Position numbers and translations under genes: made by a program
Shown: positions 20,514 to 31,555 of the stretch, piece by piece
How positions within the stretch are numbered: the stretch's first letter is position 1
Layout of the letters: each line of letters opens with the position of its first letter
Notes under the pieces: model-generated
Seen by the model: the letters and a program-made list of their open reading frames with translations, nothing else
Told to the model about the DNA's origin: nothing
Database searches by the model: none
Assembly (NCBI GenBank): GCA_039589315.1
Contig: JBDHHQ010000043.1
Location: forward strand, 32,001 to 96,000
Reading direction: 5' to 3'
From: Gemmatimonadota bacterium
Lineage (GTDB): Bacteria; Gemmatimonadota; Gemmatimonadetes; Longimicrobiales; Gaopeijiaceae
DNA length: 64,000 bases

Positions 20514-22592
20514 CTACTCAGCCGGCTGCCGGTATCGCTCCATCATCTGGGCCCAGCGCGCGTCTTCTTGGAGCGGCGTCAAATGGGGGAACAGGGCCAC
20601 GTACCGAGGCGGGTAGTCGTGGGGTAGGCCCTGGAAGAGTCGGTCGAGGGCCTCAAAAGCCTGATCGTGGTCGCCCAGGCGTGTGTGGACGAAGATCTCG
20701 GAAAACGTCGTGGATGGCCTGTCCAGCGCGTCGCCCTCCACCAGTGCCACCACCCGGCCGATCTCGGCCTGCGCCGCCTCCGCGTCGCCCAGGGCCGCAT
20801 GAGCGATTGCCAGCTCCAGGTCCGTGTCGACCGCGTTCGGATGCTCGCGCACGAACTCCGCTCCCGCGACCCGGACCGAGTCGTACAGCACCCGGGCTTC
20901 AGCATCCCGCCCCAGGAAGGTGAGCGCCTCGGCCCGGGCCCATCGATTCCACGGCCTGGGATCCTCGATCGCATCCAGCACTGCCTGCCAATTCCCGTCG
21001 AGGCCGTCCAGGAAACGCAGCTGGCCCGAGAGGCCATCGTCAACGCCTTCGCGACCCCGCTCCACGAGCTCCCGGGCCCGCGTGGTGCTGCCGTCACGGG
21101 CCAGGACCGTGTTGACGAGCCACCAGTAGCTACCGCCCTCCTCGGGGGCCATCGCCACGGCACGCGTCAGCGCTTCCTCGGCTTCGGCGAAGCGCCCCAT
21201 GGACCGGTAGGTGGAGCCGAGGTCCTCCCAGATGTGCGCGGAACGAGGATCCAATCGAATCGCTTCTCGGAAGCTCTCGATGGATCCCTCGAAGTCGCCC
21301 AGCCTACGCTGTACCGCTCCGAGGGCATGGTAGAGGTCGTAGGTGTTCAGCCCGGCGGCCCGTGCCCTGCCGTATTCCGCCATCGCCCGAACGAAGTCCC
21401 GCGGGCCCCAGTAGTAGTACTCCCCCAGAGCCAGGTGACCTTCGGGAAGCTCGGGGGCCAGCTCCAGGGCCCGGTCGACGGCTTCCTTCGACGCCTCCAG
21501 CTCCTCGGGTCTCCTGCCCTGGAGCTGAAAGAGGAAGCCGTGTGTGAGCGCCAAGCGCGCGTGGGCCAGGGCGAAGCCGGGATCCAGCTCGACTGCTTTC
21601 TCGTACATCTCGACGGCGATCCTGAAGTCGTCCGAGCGAGGGCCGCGGCTGAAGTAGACGTTCCCCTGCAGGTAGTAGTCGTAGGCCTCGAGGCTCTCCG
21701 TGGGCGGGGCGTCGATGCTTGCGGCTTCATCCGGGGTCAGCGTGGCATGCAGCTGTCCTGCGATGGCCTCTGCCAGCTCACGCTGGATGTGGAAGACGTT
21801 CTCCACCGTCAGCGTACGATCGTAGGAGTCGGCCCAGAGGTGCTCGTCCGTCCCGGCGTCGATGAGCTGCGCGTTCAGATGGATCCGGTCCCCCGACCGC
21901 TGGATGCTTCCTTCGAGCACGGTCGACACGCCCAACTCCTGACCGATCTCGCGGAGGTTCTTGGTCGACTCACGGTATTCCATGACCGAAGTCCTGGAAA
22001 CGACCCTGAAGGACCCGACCTTGGAGAGCTGCGTGAGAATGTCGTCGTGAATCCCGAGCGTGAAGGACTCGCTCTCCTCGTCGGTCCGTGTGCTGGTGAA
22101 GGGGAGCACCGCGATGGAGGCCCGGGTCTCTTCCGGGGACTCGGTGGCGAACCCGCCTGCACGCCCCGTTGCCATGAGAAAGGCGGCCACGACCCCCCAG
22201 AGTGCGAAGGCTCCCATCCCGCCCAGGATCGCGTTTTTCCACGTGAAGAGACGTTGGGCTGTGCCATTCGCCGCAGGTGGCTGTGCCGACCCACGGGAGG
22301 CGTCCGCGTCCTCTCCCGTGCCCGGCGCGTTCCCGAAATGCTCCTCGGCCTCCCCACCCGTCCGGTCCTCGGCGCTGTTGCTCGATTGGATGAAAGCGGT
22401 GGTGAGGACGATGGGGAAGCCGATGATCAGCAGCACCAGAGCCAGGCCCGGCAGCCAATCCGGGAGGTTCCCCGCATCGACGATGCCCTGGACGACCTCG
22501 AGCGCCACCCAGCAACCGGCCAGATAGATCGCCAGGACCTGCCAGATGGACCGCCGGTGGGATTCCTTCAGGAGGTGCTCGAGGGGGGACAA
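20514..22592 (-). CDS. Membrane-anchored TolB-like/FlgO domain + TPR repeat protein
   Basis: N-terminal TM hairpin (HRRSIWQVLAIY), SIAVLPF, VSRTSVMEY, VLEGSIQR, AQLIDA..HLWADSYDR, followed by TPR helices. Confidence 0.85.
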   Translation of the reverse strand: MSPLEHLLKESHRRSIWQVLAIYLAGCWVALEVVQGIVDAGNLPDWLPGLALVLLIIGFPIVLTTAFIQSSNSAEDRTGGEAEEHFGNAPGTGEDADASRGSAQPPAANGTAQRLFTWKNAILGGMGAFALWGVVAAFLMATGRAGGFATESPEETRASIAVLPFTSTRTDEESESFTLGIHDDILTQLSKVGSFRVVSRTSVMEYRESTKNLREIGQELGVSTVLEGSIQRSGDRIHLNAQLIDAGTDEHLWADSYDRTLTVENVFHIQRELAEAIAGQLHATLTPDEAASIDAPPTESLEAYDYYLQGNVYFSRGPRSDDFRIAVEMYEKAVELDPGFALAHARLALTHGFLFQLQGRRPEELEASKEAVDRALELAPELPEGHLALGEYYYWGPRDFVRAMAEYGRARAAGLNTYDLYHALGAVQRRLGDFEGSIESFREAIRLDPRSAHIWEDLGSTYRSMGRFAEAEEALTRAVAMAPEEGGSYWWLVNTVLARDGSTTRARELVERGREGVDDGLSGQLRFLDGLDGNWQAVLDAIEDPRPWNRWARAEALTFLGRDAEARVLYDSVRVAGAEFVREHPNAVDTDLELAIAHAALGDAEAAQAEIGRVVALVEGDALDRPSTTFSEIFVHTRLGDHDQAFEALDRLFQGLPHDYPPRYVALFPHLTPLQEDARWAQMMERYRQPAE

Positions 22593-22772
22593 CGGCGTCG
22601 CTCCGCTTCCCGATCGGGTTTGTATGTCGGTGCCAAGATGCGCCCAGATACGTGGTCAGAGCAAGCTCTCGGGATCCCGTCCGGCCTTCCTGCGTAGGGC
22701 CGGGGCCGCTGTCCACCGACGCCCGGTCGGTTCCCACGAGCTCGAGCACCCCCCGGACCGTGACCAGCGAAA

Positions 22773-22806
22773 CGCCCCCCGGACCGGTGACTCGGCCCGG
22801 GGGGCG
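22773..22806 (-). terminator. Probable intrinsic terminator of the DinB-family gene
   Basis: Minus strand CGCCCCCCGGGCCG-AGTCAC-CGGTCCGGGGGGCG followed by TTTC, 27 nt past the stop at 22833. Confidence 0.65.
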
Positions 22807-22832
22807 ATCCGTTGGCCGCAAGCGCCACCCCG

Positions 22833-23381
22833 TTACATGGAATCGCCCTGGCTCCAGGGAGGCACGATCTCGTTCGTACGCGCGTAGGCGATGGCCTGGC
22901 CCAGATGCTCGTGCATGTCGTTCGCCGCGAGCATGAGACCCGTGCCTACGTCCACCTCCCGGCCGAAGAACTGGACCTTCTCCATGCGGGCGCTCTCGTC
23001 GAGCCCCTCCGCCTGGGCGATGAAGTGCTCGAAGGACCGATCCAGCTCAACCAGCAGCTCGCTCCTGGACATGGCCGTAAGCCGCTCCATCTCGGCGCCG
23101 AAGCTCTCGGCCACGCCGGCGGGCGCATCCATGCCCAGATAGCCGGGGAACAGGTTGCACTCGGCCGCGATCAGCGCGATCACCTCCTTCACCGACCGGA
23201 CCCCCTCCATGGGACGCCAGTCGTACGTGTCCTCGGGGAACGCTTCGGCCAGCGACGTGAACTTCTCGTGCATCGTCTCCAGGTCGGCCACCTGTGCCTC
23301 TGCCCAGGACTGGGCCGACGCAGGACCCGGAAGCGCGAGGAGGAGCCCAAGCGCCACCCCACCCAGAATCGTCGTCCTCAT
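22833..23381 (-). CDS. Exported DinB/YfiT-family protein
   Basis: Signal peptide, YDWRPMEGVRSVKEV, DMHEHLGQAIAYARTNEIVPPWS; GGAGGAG RBS. Confidence 0.88.
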   Translation of the reverse strand: MRTTILGGVALGLLLALPGPASAQSWAEAQVADLETMHEKFTSLAEAFPEDTYDWRPMEGVRSVKEVIALIAAECNLFPGYLGMDAPAGVAESFGAEMERLTAMSRSELLVELDRSFEHFIAQAEGLDESARMEKVQFFGREVDVGTGLMLAANDMHEHLGQAIAYARTNEIVPPWSQGDSM

Positions 23382-23487
23382 CTGTCTCCTCCGTGAAAAG
23401 GGCTTTTCAGCAACGTGAGTAAGGCTGCACCCTCAGTGCGGCGGCGTCAAGCCGCCGGAAGCGCTCGCCACGGCCAGGTGAGCTGTC

Positions 23488-24766
23488 TCAGCGCCCTCGG
23501 CTCACAGGCTCGAGCACCCCGCCGGCCAGGCCTCCCAGATGGCTGGAGAAGAACGACTGGAGCGCGCCGGCCAACGCGGACGCCGCTCGCTGGCGGCTGT
23601 CGGGCGTGTCCCGGATACGCGTGAGGTTCATCTCGACTTGAACGGCGCTGATCGATCCGCCGTCCCTCGACCCGTGTCGCGCGGTCGAGTATCCCCCCCT
23701 GAAGTAGGGCTCACCGGCCGGATCCGGTTGACTCCGGCTCGGCACCGCCGGAAAGCCCTGCTCCTCCATCAGCGCGCCGAGGCTCGACGGCCCGCGGATC
23801 AGCGAGGAGAGCGTCGTCGCCGCACCGGTCAGTGCCCGAACGCCGCTTTCGGCCGCTTTTGCTGTCGAGCTGAGCGTCCGTGCGCGCCAGGTCCTCGGCG
23901 GTGACCAGGTAGCCCGGCTCGAGCCGCTGTATGGGATGGCCGTGGCCGTGAAGGTCGACGAACAACCCCTCGCCGTGATCTCGGGCCACCGCAGCCTTCG
24001 CCGCGTCGATGAACGCGTGGTACTCCCACCAGGCCCGCTCGGCCCGAACGTCGCCCTGGGCCGCCTCCACGATCTCCCGGTTCGGATCCAGCTTGCGCCG
24101 ATGGAGCCGGCTGACGATCAGGTGGGGTCGGCTGCCGGCGACGTCCGCTACCGCGCCGGCCAGGCGGCGGGCCACATCCTGCGTGTGCAGGTCCTGGCTC
24201 GTGACCCCGGTCGCGCGGTCGGCGATCTCCGACGGCTCGAGCCCTCCGCCATGAGGGGCCGCCAACACGAGCGGAAGGTCGCCGACCACGTACTGGACGT
24301 ACTGGCTGCGTCCGGCGTGCGTATCGCCAGCCACCGGCTCGCGGGCCGTCGCCTGGACCTCTGCCTCCAGGGCTCCCACCGTGGCCCGCAGACGCTGCGG
24401 TCCCGGATCCGGCCCCAGGATCCACACCGTCGAGGCCCGGCCGTCCTCGCCCGTGCGGGCACCGCTGGTGGAGAGGGAGCCGTCCCCCTCGAGGATGGCG
24501 AACCTGACCGTGGTGCCAGAAACGGATCGGCCCTCACGGTCGCGCACCTCGAAAGCGGTCTCATCCGGTAGCACGGCACCGGCAGGTCCTGCCAACTGAC
24601 GGGGGCTCAGGGACACCAGACTGGCTGGCTCGCCCGGCGACGCAGGCCCGCTCGGTTCACCGCCGCAGCCCAGCAAAGCGCCGAGACCGAGTACCGCCAG
24701 GGAGGCAGGTCCGCGTCTCAGCGCCCGGAATGGGCGCGCGGGCTCTCGGAAGCTCAGCGGTGGCAT
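23488..24766 (-). pseudogene. Lipoprotein with Ig-like domain + N-formylglutamate amidohydrolase-like domain, frameshifted near 23860
   Basis: Lipobox ALLGC, Ig-like region, APHGG, KLDPNRE, DLHGHGH; the C-terminus continues in another frame (LSSLIRGPSSLGALMEEQGFPAVPS..YFRGGYST..VQVE). Confidence 0.75.
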
Positions 24767-24850
24767 GCGATCACCCTAACTCCCGAGTAGGTTGTGATCC
24801 ATGTTGGCTGGCGAGTCGGATATGGACTCGACGAAACCCGAGGCGCGTCA

Positions 24851-26531
24851 ATGAAGCTTCACAGGCACCCCACCCGTTCGGCTGTGCTCCCGCTTCTCGT
24901 TTGCTCGCTCCTCTGCTGCGGCGGGCCGGGTGCGGCCCGTGCGCAAGTGTCCGACGAGGAGCCTCCCGAGGCCGACCTTCTCCTCGTCGGTGGGCGGATC
25001 TTCACGGCCGACGACCTGACGTCGATCCACCAGGCGGTGGCGATCCGGGGCGATCGCATCGTGGAGGTGGGAGGCGACGATCTGGCGTACCGGTATAGGG
25101 CAGACCGGGTCGTCGACTTGCGGGGTCGGCTCGTCGCGCCCGGCTTCAACGACACCCATATCCACGTCCGGGGGAACCCGCGGCGGTACGTCGACTTCTC
25201 GGGAACCCGCTCCATCGAGGAATTCAAGGACAGGGTCCGGGCCAAAGCCGCTGAGCTGGGCCCTGCGGAATGGATCACGGGTTGGGGATGGTCCGAGGAC
25301 GAGATGGCGGAGGGGCGTCGGCCGCTTCGCCGAGATGTTGACGAGGCGGCCCCCGAAAACCCTGTCGTCATTCGGCGGGCCGGCGGTCATAGCTCCGTCG
25401 TCAACTCGCTCGCCCTCGAGCTGGCGGGGATCGACCGAACCACCCCCGACCCCGAGGCGGGCGTCATCGAGCGGGACGAGAACGGGGAGCTGAACGGCAT
25501 CATCCGGGAGCGGGCGGACCTCGTCAGTCGGCTCGTGCCGCCGGCCGGTCCCGAGGAGCTCCGGGAGGATCACGAGCATCATCCAAGCCGGCGAGGACGC
25601 CCAGGGCGTCCGGTCCTGGCAGGAGATCTATGCGGAGCATGGCGGTGCGCTGCCTCGCGTCGCCGTCCAGCCGAGGGCAGGCTCGGATGCCGAGGAGACG
25701 ATCCGGCGACTCGAAGACCTGGGCATGCGGCCGGGGGAAGGCGACGAACGCTTCCGCCTGGGACCCGTCAAGCTGCTCGTGGACGGTGGATACACCGGAC
25801 CCGCGGCGTGGACGCTGGAGCCCTACCGGAACCAGCCCGACTACTTCGGCCACGGTCGGTTCTCGCAGCAGGAGCTCTACGAGATATCGAAAGCGGCGCA
25901 CGAGCGGGGATGGCAGTTGGGCTTCCACGCCATCGGGGACGCGGCCATCAAGGTCACCGTGGACGCCTGGCGTCGCGTTCTGGACGAGTCGCCCCGAGCG
26001 GATCACCGCCACTACCTGAACCACTTCACGGTGCTGCCGCCGGTGGAGACCCTGAGGACGATGGCCGACTACAACATGGTCATCGCCCAGCAACCCAACT
26101 TCACGTACACCCTGGAGGGGCGGTACGCCGAGCACCTCGAGGGCGAACGCCTCCAGACCAACAACCCGGTCCGCACCCCGATGAGCCACGGCGTCTTCGT
26201 GGCTCTCGGAAGCGACATTTTGCCCATCGGGCCCATGGTGGGTCTTTACGCAGCGGTCACGCGCAAGGGCATGTCGGGCCAGGTCTACGGACCGGGCGAG
26301 CGTCTGACCATGCCCGAGGCGATCGTGGGGTACACCCGGAACGGGGCCTACCTGACCTTCGAGGAGGATCGGAAGGGCACGCTGGAGCCGGGCAAGCTCG
26401 CCGACCTCATCGTGCTTTCGGACGACCTGCTCACCATGGATCCCGAGCGGATCATGGAGGTTCAGGTCGACATGACGATTCTCGGTGGCCGGGTGGTGTA
26501 CGAGCGGGAGACGCCGAGCGCCACGCCGTGA
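24851..26531 (+). pseudogene. YtcJ-like amidohydrolase (Amidohydro_3), frameshifted at ~25568
   Basis: N-half PGFNDTHIH..GHSSVVNS..NGIIRE in one frame; ITSIIQAG..VKLLVDG..FHAIGD..LNH..GSD..GKLADL in another frame ending at 26531. Confidence 0.85.
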
Positions 26532-26671
26532 GACACGTCCGAATCGATGCCCCGTTCCCTTCCGGCCGATGCCTTCGGAATGCGGTCGCGAAGGCCGACC
26601 CGCTCAGAGCGGTCCACGCGCCGCCGATCCGCGCGCCGGGCCGAGCCACTCGCCTCGAACCCCGAGGGACC

Positions 26672-28327
26672 ATGTCCACGCTACCGCGATCCTCGAGCCG
26701 CTCCGGCCTGCTACGCTCGGCCGTGCTGGCCCTCCTTCTGCCGCTCCTGACCCTGGTGGCGGGCCCAGCCAACGCGGCCACCCAGACGCCCTCCGACGGC
26801 GCCCGGGAGGGACCCTATGGCCGACTCGTCATCCAGAACGCGATCGTCATACCGGGCCACGGCGGTCCGGCGTACGGCCCGGCGGACATCGTCATCCAGG
26901 GCAGTCGCATCGAGCAGATCGTGTCCTACAACGGCGTGACCGGCCGGCCGGCCGACGCCCCCACGCCCGAGGCCGACCGCGTCATCGACGCCACGGGCAT
27001 GTACGTCATGCCCGGTCTCATCGATCTGCACACGCACATCCGGAGCGACGAGCTCCCGCTCCAGTACGTGTACGACCTCAAGCTCGCCCACGGCGTCACC
27101 ACCATGGTCAACGGCGCCGGTCGGGGGTGGGCGGCGGCCCTGGAGCAACAACGCCTCTCCGACACCAACGAGATCACGGCGCCTCGGATGTACCCGATCC
27201 GGGACTGGGGCCCGCCCCGCTCCCGGGACCCGGGCAACATGCCCCCAGCGGACGTGATGGAGCCCTGGCACGACCCGGCCCGGGTGCCCGAGCTCATCGG
27301 CGAGGTCATGGCCGACGGCACCCACGTCGTCCGGGTGGGCAGCCTGGCATGGAATGCCGAGCTGTTCGGCGCCGTGTGCCGAGCGGTTCACGAGGCTGGC
27401 GGCATCACCACCGTGCACCTCCCACCCTCCGACATCTCGGTGGTGAATGCCGTCACGGCCGCGGAGCTGGGCGTCACCATGATCGAGCACCACTACGGGT
27501 ACGCCGAGGCGGCCTTGGGCGGGCGGGTCCAGCCGTTCCCGCCGGACTACAACTACCTGGACGAGGCCGACCGCTTCCGCCACGCGGGCAGGATCTGGCA
27601 GATCGCTCCGGACGACGTCCTCTTTGGCGAAGTGGTAGACCGGCTCGTGGCCTCGGGTGTGTCGCTGATCCCCACCATGAGCGCCTACGAGGTGAACAGG
27701 GACGTGAATCGGGCCATGGGGCTGCCTTGGCACGAGAAGTACACCCACGCCCAGCTCATCGAGTGGTACGCGGCGAACCCGGCGTATCACGCGTCGCACC
27801 ACTGGAACTGGACGTCGAAGGACGAGCAGCGTTGGTCGGATGCCTATCGGAAGTGGCAGAGGCTCATCTACGAGTTCAACCACCGGGGCGGACACCTCTC
27901 ATACGCGGTCGACGACCCCTACCTCTGGAACACGAGCGGCCTCGGCAACGTCCGGGAGCTCCAGCTCATGCACGAGGCCGGTCTGGACCCCGCCGAGGTG
28001 ATCCGCTCGGCCACTCGCAACAGCGCCATCACCCTCAGGCGCGAGGACCTGGGGCTGATCCAGACGGGATACACCGCCGACCTGGCCATCGTCGACGGCA
28101 ATCCCCTGGACAACCTCCGTTATCTGTACCCGTTCGGCGCCTTGGACATGACGGTCGACGGCGACATCACACGACGGGGCGGCGTCCGCTGGACCGTCAA
28201 GGACGGAGTCGTCTTCGACAACGCGGTTCTGATCGATGAAGTGATCCGCATGGTCGCCGAGTCCAAGGAGGGCTGGACGAACCCGGTGCCCGGCCTGTAC
28301 GAGCCGCGCTTCCGCCCAGGACGCTGA
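26672..28327 (+). CDS. Exported amidohydrolase-family protein
   Basis: ATG 26672 after GAGGGA, signal peptide, MPGLIDLHTH, IEHHYG, ADLAIVDGNPL; forms the C-terminal part of the artefactual 1177-aa ORF. Confidence 0.85.
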   Translation: MSTLPRSSSRSGLLRSAVLALLLPLLTLVAGPANAATQTPSDGAREGPYGRLVIQNAIVIPGHGGPAYGPADIVIQGSRIEQIVSYNGVTGRPADAPTPEADRVIDATGMYVMPGLIDLHTHIRSDELPLQYVYDLKLAHGVTTMVNGAGRGWAAALEQQRLSDTNEITAPRMYPIRDWGPPRSRDPGNMPPADVMEPWHDPARVPELIGEVMADGTHVVRVGSLAWNAELFGAVCRAVHEAGGITTVHLPPSDISVVNAVTAAELGVTMIEHHYGYAEAALGGRVQPFPPDYNYLDEADRFRHAGRIWQIAPDDVLFGEVVDRLVASGVSLIPTMSAYEVNRDVNRAMGLPWHEKYTHAQLIEWYAANPAYHASHHWNWTSKDEQRWSDAYRKWQRLIYEFNHRGGHLSYAVDDPYLWNTSGLGNVRELQLMHEAGLDPAEVIRSATRNSAITLRREDLGLIQTGYTADLAIVDGNPLDNLRYLYPFGALDMTVDGDITRRGGVRWTVKDGVVFDNAVLIDEVIRMVAESKEGWTNPVPGLYEPRFRPGR

Positions 28328-28479
28328 GGTCAGCCGGCGAGGCGGTCGTGCGATTGCGCGGTCGCCGTGCGATTCCAACCCCGTGGGGGTCTGGACGCCG
28401 AGGTCGGCGGCAGGCCGATTTCACGGTCGTGGATCGTCCTGCTGTTCCGCCCCGGCGACCGCTCGGTCGCCCCATCGCC

Positions 28480-29796
28480 TTACGACCTGGTGCCGGCCAC
28501 GGCGCGGGCCGCCCAGGGTACGAGGAACACCACGGCCGCCACCCGACCGACGAGAAAGCCCACCGCCGCCGCGGTGACGCCGACTGCGCCGAAGCCGAAC
28601 GCCATGACCGGGAAGACGGCAAGGATGGTGATCACCTCCAACGCGGTGGCCATCGTGATGAAACGCGTGTCGTGAGCGGTGACCAGAACACCGCGGAAGA
28701 GCGACAGGAGCGTGGCCAAGACGGGGAGTGGCACGAGGATCACGATGGGCAGAATGGCGAAGCGGGCCAGCTCGGGGGTCAACCCCGAGATCACCTCGAA
28801 CCAGACTGCCGACAGAGGCGTGAGGCCCACGAGGGCCAAGCCACCTGAGGCGGCCAGGCCCATCCAGAGGGCGAACTTCCGAAGCGCAGCCAGATTCTCG
28901 TAGCGGTCGCCCATCAGGGCGATGGTCACCTCCTGGTAGGCCAAGCTGCCTGCCCGGAACAGGAACGCCAGGGCGTTCACCACCGGCATCACGGCCAGGG
29001 ACTCCACCGGCGACGGCGCCCGCCCCATGAAGAACGTGACCATCGGGTGGACCGAGAGGCCGATGAGCGACGTCAGCGCCAGCGGGTAGTAGAAGCGAGC
29101 GATGGACCGGTAGCCCATGGAGGGCCGGTGAGCGGGCGGAGCCATCGAGACCACGCGCCGCACCGAGGAGCGGGCCATCCACCGACTCACCAGCGCCTCG
29201 ACGCTGACGCCCGCCGCCAACGCCGCCGCTGCCAGGTGTGCCCCCTCCGGGACGACCCACACGTACAGCACGATCGCGGTGGCGGACATGGCCACCACCC
29301 GCACCGCGGTTCCCAGGGCCACCAGGCGCGTCTTCCCATCCCGGATAAGCAGGCCCTGGTAGAAGCGCCGATAGCCGATGGCGCCGGGCCAAGGCAGCAT
29401 GATCCACAGCGCCGGATACGTGAGGCGCACGATCTCCTCTGGCAACGCCAGAAGCCGCACCATGAACAGCTGGTAGACTGGCGGGATCAGGAACAGCACC
29501 AGGACAGCCGTCGACCCCAGGCTGAGCGAATGGGCGAATCGGCGCAGCCGGCGAAAGCTCTCGGCGTCCCTGGCCAGCGCCGTCGAGGCAGTCATGAGCA
29601 TGATGACGGGCGACTCGATGAGGACCGCCAGCGCGAACGTGACGCCGTAGGCGCCCAGGTTGAACTCGGGATTCGCCAGCCGTGCCACGAGGGCGGAAAG
29701 GAACGGCCCCTCGAGGGCCATCATCCACCACGTGGACGCCAACGGCAGCCAGAAGCGAAGGATGGAGCGTTGGTTGACCCCCGACGATCCACTCAA
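28480..29796 (-). CDS. MATE/MOP-superfamily (ANKH-like) multi-pass transporter
   Basis: Two-fold internal repeat RFWLPLA / RFYYPLA, about 12 hydrophobic segments. Confidence 0.75.
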   Translation of the reverse strand: MSGSSGVNQRSILRFWLPLASTWWMMALEGPFLSALVARLANPEFNLGAYGVTFALAVLIESPVIMLMTASTALARDAESFRRLRRFAHSLSLGSTAVLVLFLIPPVYQLFMVRLLALPEEIVRLTYPALWIMLPWPGAIGYRRFYQGLLIRDGKTRLVALGTAVRVVAMSATAIVLYVWVVPEGAHLAAAALAAGVSVEALVSRWMARSSVRRVVSMAPPAHRPSMGYRSIARFYYPLALTSLIGLSVHPMVTFFMGRAPSPVESLAVMPVVNALAFLFRAGSLAYQEVTIALMGDRYENLAALRKFALWMGLAASGGLALVGLTPLSAVWFEVISGLTPELARFAILPIVILVPLPVLATLLSLFRGVLVTAHDTRFITMATALEVITILAVFPVMAFGFGAVGVTAAAVGFLVGRVAAVVFLVPWAARAVAGTRS

Positions 29797-30950
29797 TGGG
29801 CCGCCCGGTCCCGATCACCCGCCGCCAACGGCGGCTCGTCGACGGTGAAGAGCGTCACGGGCACGGCCTTGCCCCGGAGCTCGATCTCCTCGACGGGCAC
29901 GGCCGACACCTCCCGGTCGAGGTGGTCCAGGGCGTCCCCGGAAACGAGGAGATCCACGCCGAGGACGTTGCACCGCTCCTGGATGCGTGCGGTCGTATTC
30001 AGCACGTCGCCGCTGAAGACGATCTCTTTCTTGACGACGCCGATCTCGCCGACGGTGACCGGCCCGAAGTGTACGCTCGCCTTGAAGTCGGGCACGAGGC
30101 CGAACCGATGCCGGTAGGCGTCCGCACGTGCCGCGAAGGCGTCCCGAATGGCGAAGAAGCACGCCACACAGTTGGCGTCGTGCGCGCCATCCTCGGCCTT
30201 CCACGAGACCACGATCTCGTCGCCCACGTACTCGTGGATCTGTCCCTCCCTGGCAAGGATGGGATCGGTCGCGTCCGCGATGAATCGACCCAGGAAGTCG
30301 AAGTACTCGATGTGCCCGAGCCGCTCGGCGATCGTGGTGGAGCCTCTGAGGTCGAGAAACAGGAAGAAGCGCTGCTCCACCTTGGGCCGGTGATAGCGGC
30401 CGAGCAGGAAGTCCCGGAATACGCCCGGACCGTACTTGTCGTTGACCTCCAGGAGCACGGATGTGAAGCCGGCCGTCGCGGCCCAGAGCAGGAGAACGCG
30501 GACGAACGCCGGGCTGGCGAGGAAGTCGACGACGCTGAGGAACACCTCGGGGCGCCATAGAGCGACCGAATGCTCCCTCGCGTGAAAGACGGCCGACACG
30601 ACCGAGGCCACGACGATGATGCTGAGTATGTAGGTCGCCGTATGCAGCCCCAGAACGGCAGCCAGCGGGAGGTGGCGAATCCGGTCCTTGAGGAAGAAGA
30701 CGATGCCGCTCCCCCCGAGCAGCCCACCCAGGAGACCGCCCAGCATCGTCGTCTCGAACGTGATGCGCACCGTCTCGGGCGTGAGCGCGACCTGGGGCAG
30801 GCTGGCGACGAACAGGATGTCGACCACCCACATGAACAACGCGACGAGCAGCCAGAAGCCCGTGATCAGCAGGACCAGACGGACCTTGCGCTTCAGCGGG
30901 GAATGCACGGGAACCCTACGCAACGGCGCCGCCCGCTCAGAAGATCCCAA
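29793..30950 (-). CDS. Membrane-bound class III nucleotide cyclase
   Basis: About four N-terminal TM helices; FLDLRGST, YVGDE, GDVLNTTARIQ, LRGK. Confidence 0.9.
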   Translation of the reverse strand: MGSSERAAPLRRVPVHSPLKRKVRLVLLITGFWLLVALFMWVVDILFVASLPQVALTPETVRITFETTMLGGLLGGLLGGSGIVFFLKDRIRHLPLAAVLGLHTATYILSIIVVASVVSAVFHAREHSVALWRPEVFLSVVDFLASPAFVRVLLLWAATAGFTSVLLEVNDKYGPGVFRDFLLGRYHRPKVEQRFFLFLDLRGSTTIAERLGHIEYFDFLGRFIADATDPILAREGQIHEYVGDEIVVSWKAEDGAHDANCVACFFAIRDAFAARADAYRHRFGLVPDFKASVHFGPVTVGEIGVVKKEIVFSGDVLNTTARIQERCNVLGVDLLVSGDALDHLDREVSAVPVEEIELRGKAVPVTLFTVDEPPLAAGDRDRAAH

Positions 30951-31311
30951 TGCTCAACTCGACGGCCGGTCCCACGACGCCCACGGTCGTCTCCACGGCC
31001 CCGTCCCCCTCGCCTTCGGTCCGGCTGTACTTGAACTGCCGGTAGCCGGCGCTGATGACGAATCGCCGCGACAAAGCGAACAGGGCCTGGAAGCCGAGGT
31101 TCGTGATGGACGCGAGGTCGTTGAACGACTGGCGGAGCGCCGTGCCGCCGACGTCGGTGCTCTGAGCCGCGAGGAAGGCATACGGCGTGAGGACCAGTCC
31201 CCAGTCGTCCCTGTACGCTTCTGCCGTCGCGGAGTCGAACTCGAGAGGGTCCTGGGCAGCCACGGCCACAGGCCACAGGAAGACGAAGAGGAGGAAGCTA
31301 GGAGGACGCAT
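30937..31311 (-). CDS. Short exported beta-strand protein, possibly an internally deleted outer-membrane barrel
   Basis: Signal peptide AVA-AQ, WGLVLTPYAF, SAGYRQF, terminal Phe; only 124 aa. Confidence 0.5.
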   Translation of the reverse strand: MRPPSFLLFVFLWPVAVAAQDPLEFDSATAEAYRDDWGLVLTPYAFLAAQSTDVGGTALRQSFNDLASITNLGFQALFALSRRFVISAGYRQFKYSRTEGEGDGAVETTVGVVGPAVELSIGIF

Positions 31312-31555
31312 GGATTCCCTTGCCGGCGGCCGCAGCGAATGGGGCGGCCTGCCCGCCCCTTGGGCGTGGCCCACCATCGGTCCACAGGCATCACGGGTCA
31401 AGCCGACGGCTGGCAGGAACGTCGTGGAGGTTGCCCCACCGAGTCCCTGGCGCCCAGACCTCCACTGCAACCTCCACACCCTTCGACCCGTCTCACCGTG
31501 TGAGGCGGCGGGACCCCCTCGCCGCGCCGGAACGAGACGGCCGGGAGGCGCGACC

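Noticed and set aside
24794..28327. 1177-aa double amidohydrolase ORF
   Set aside because: The middle third is out-of-frame Arg/Gly-rich text; the real C-half lies in another frame and the second gene has its own RBS and signal peptide.
29793..30950. Pycsar/CBASS-type defence cyclase
   Set aside because: It is a TM-anchored class III cyclase with no adjacent cNMP-binding effector or other defence genes.
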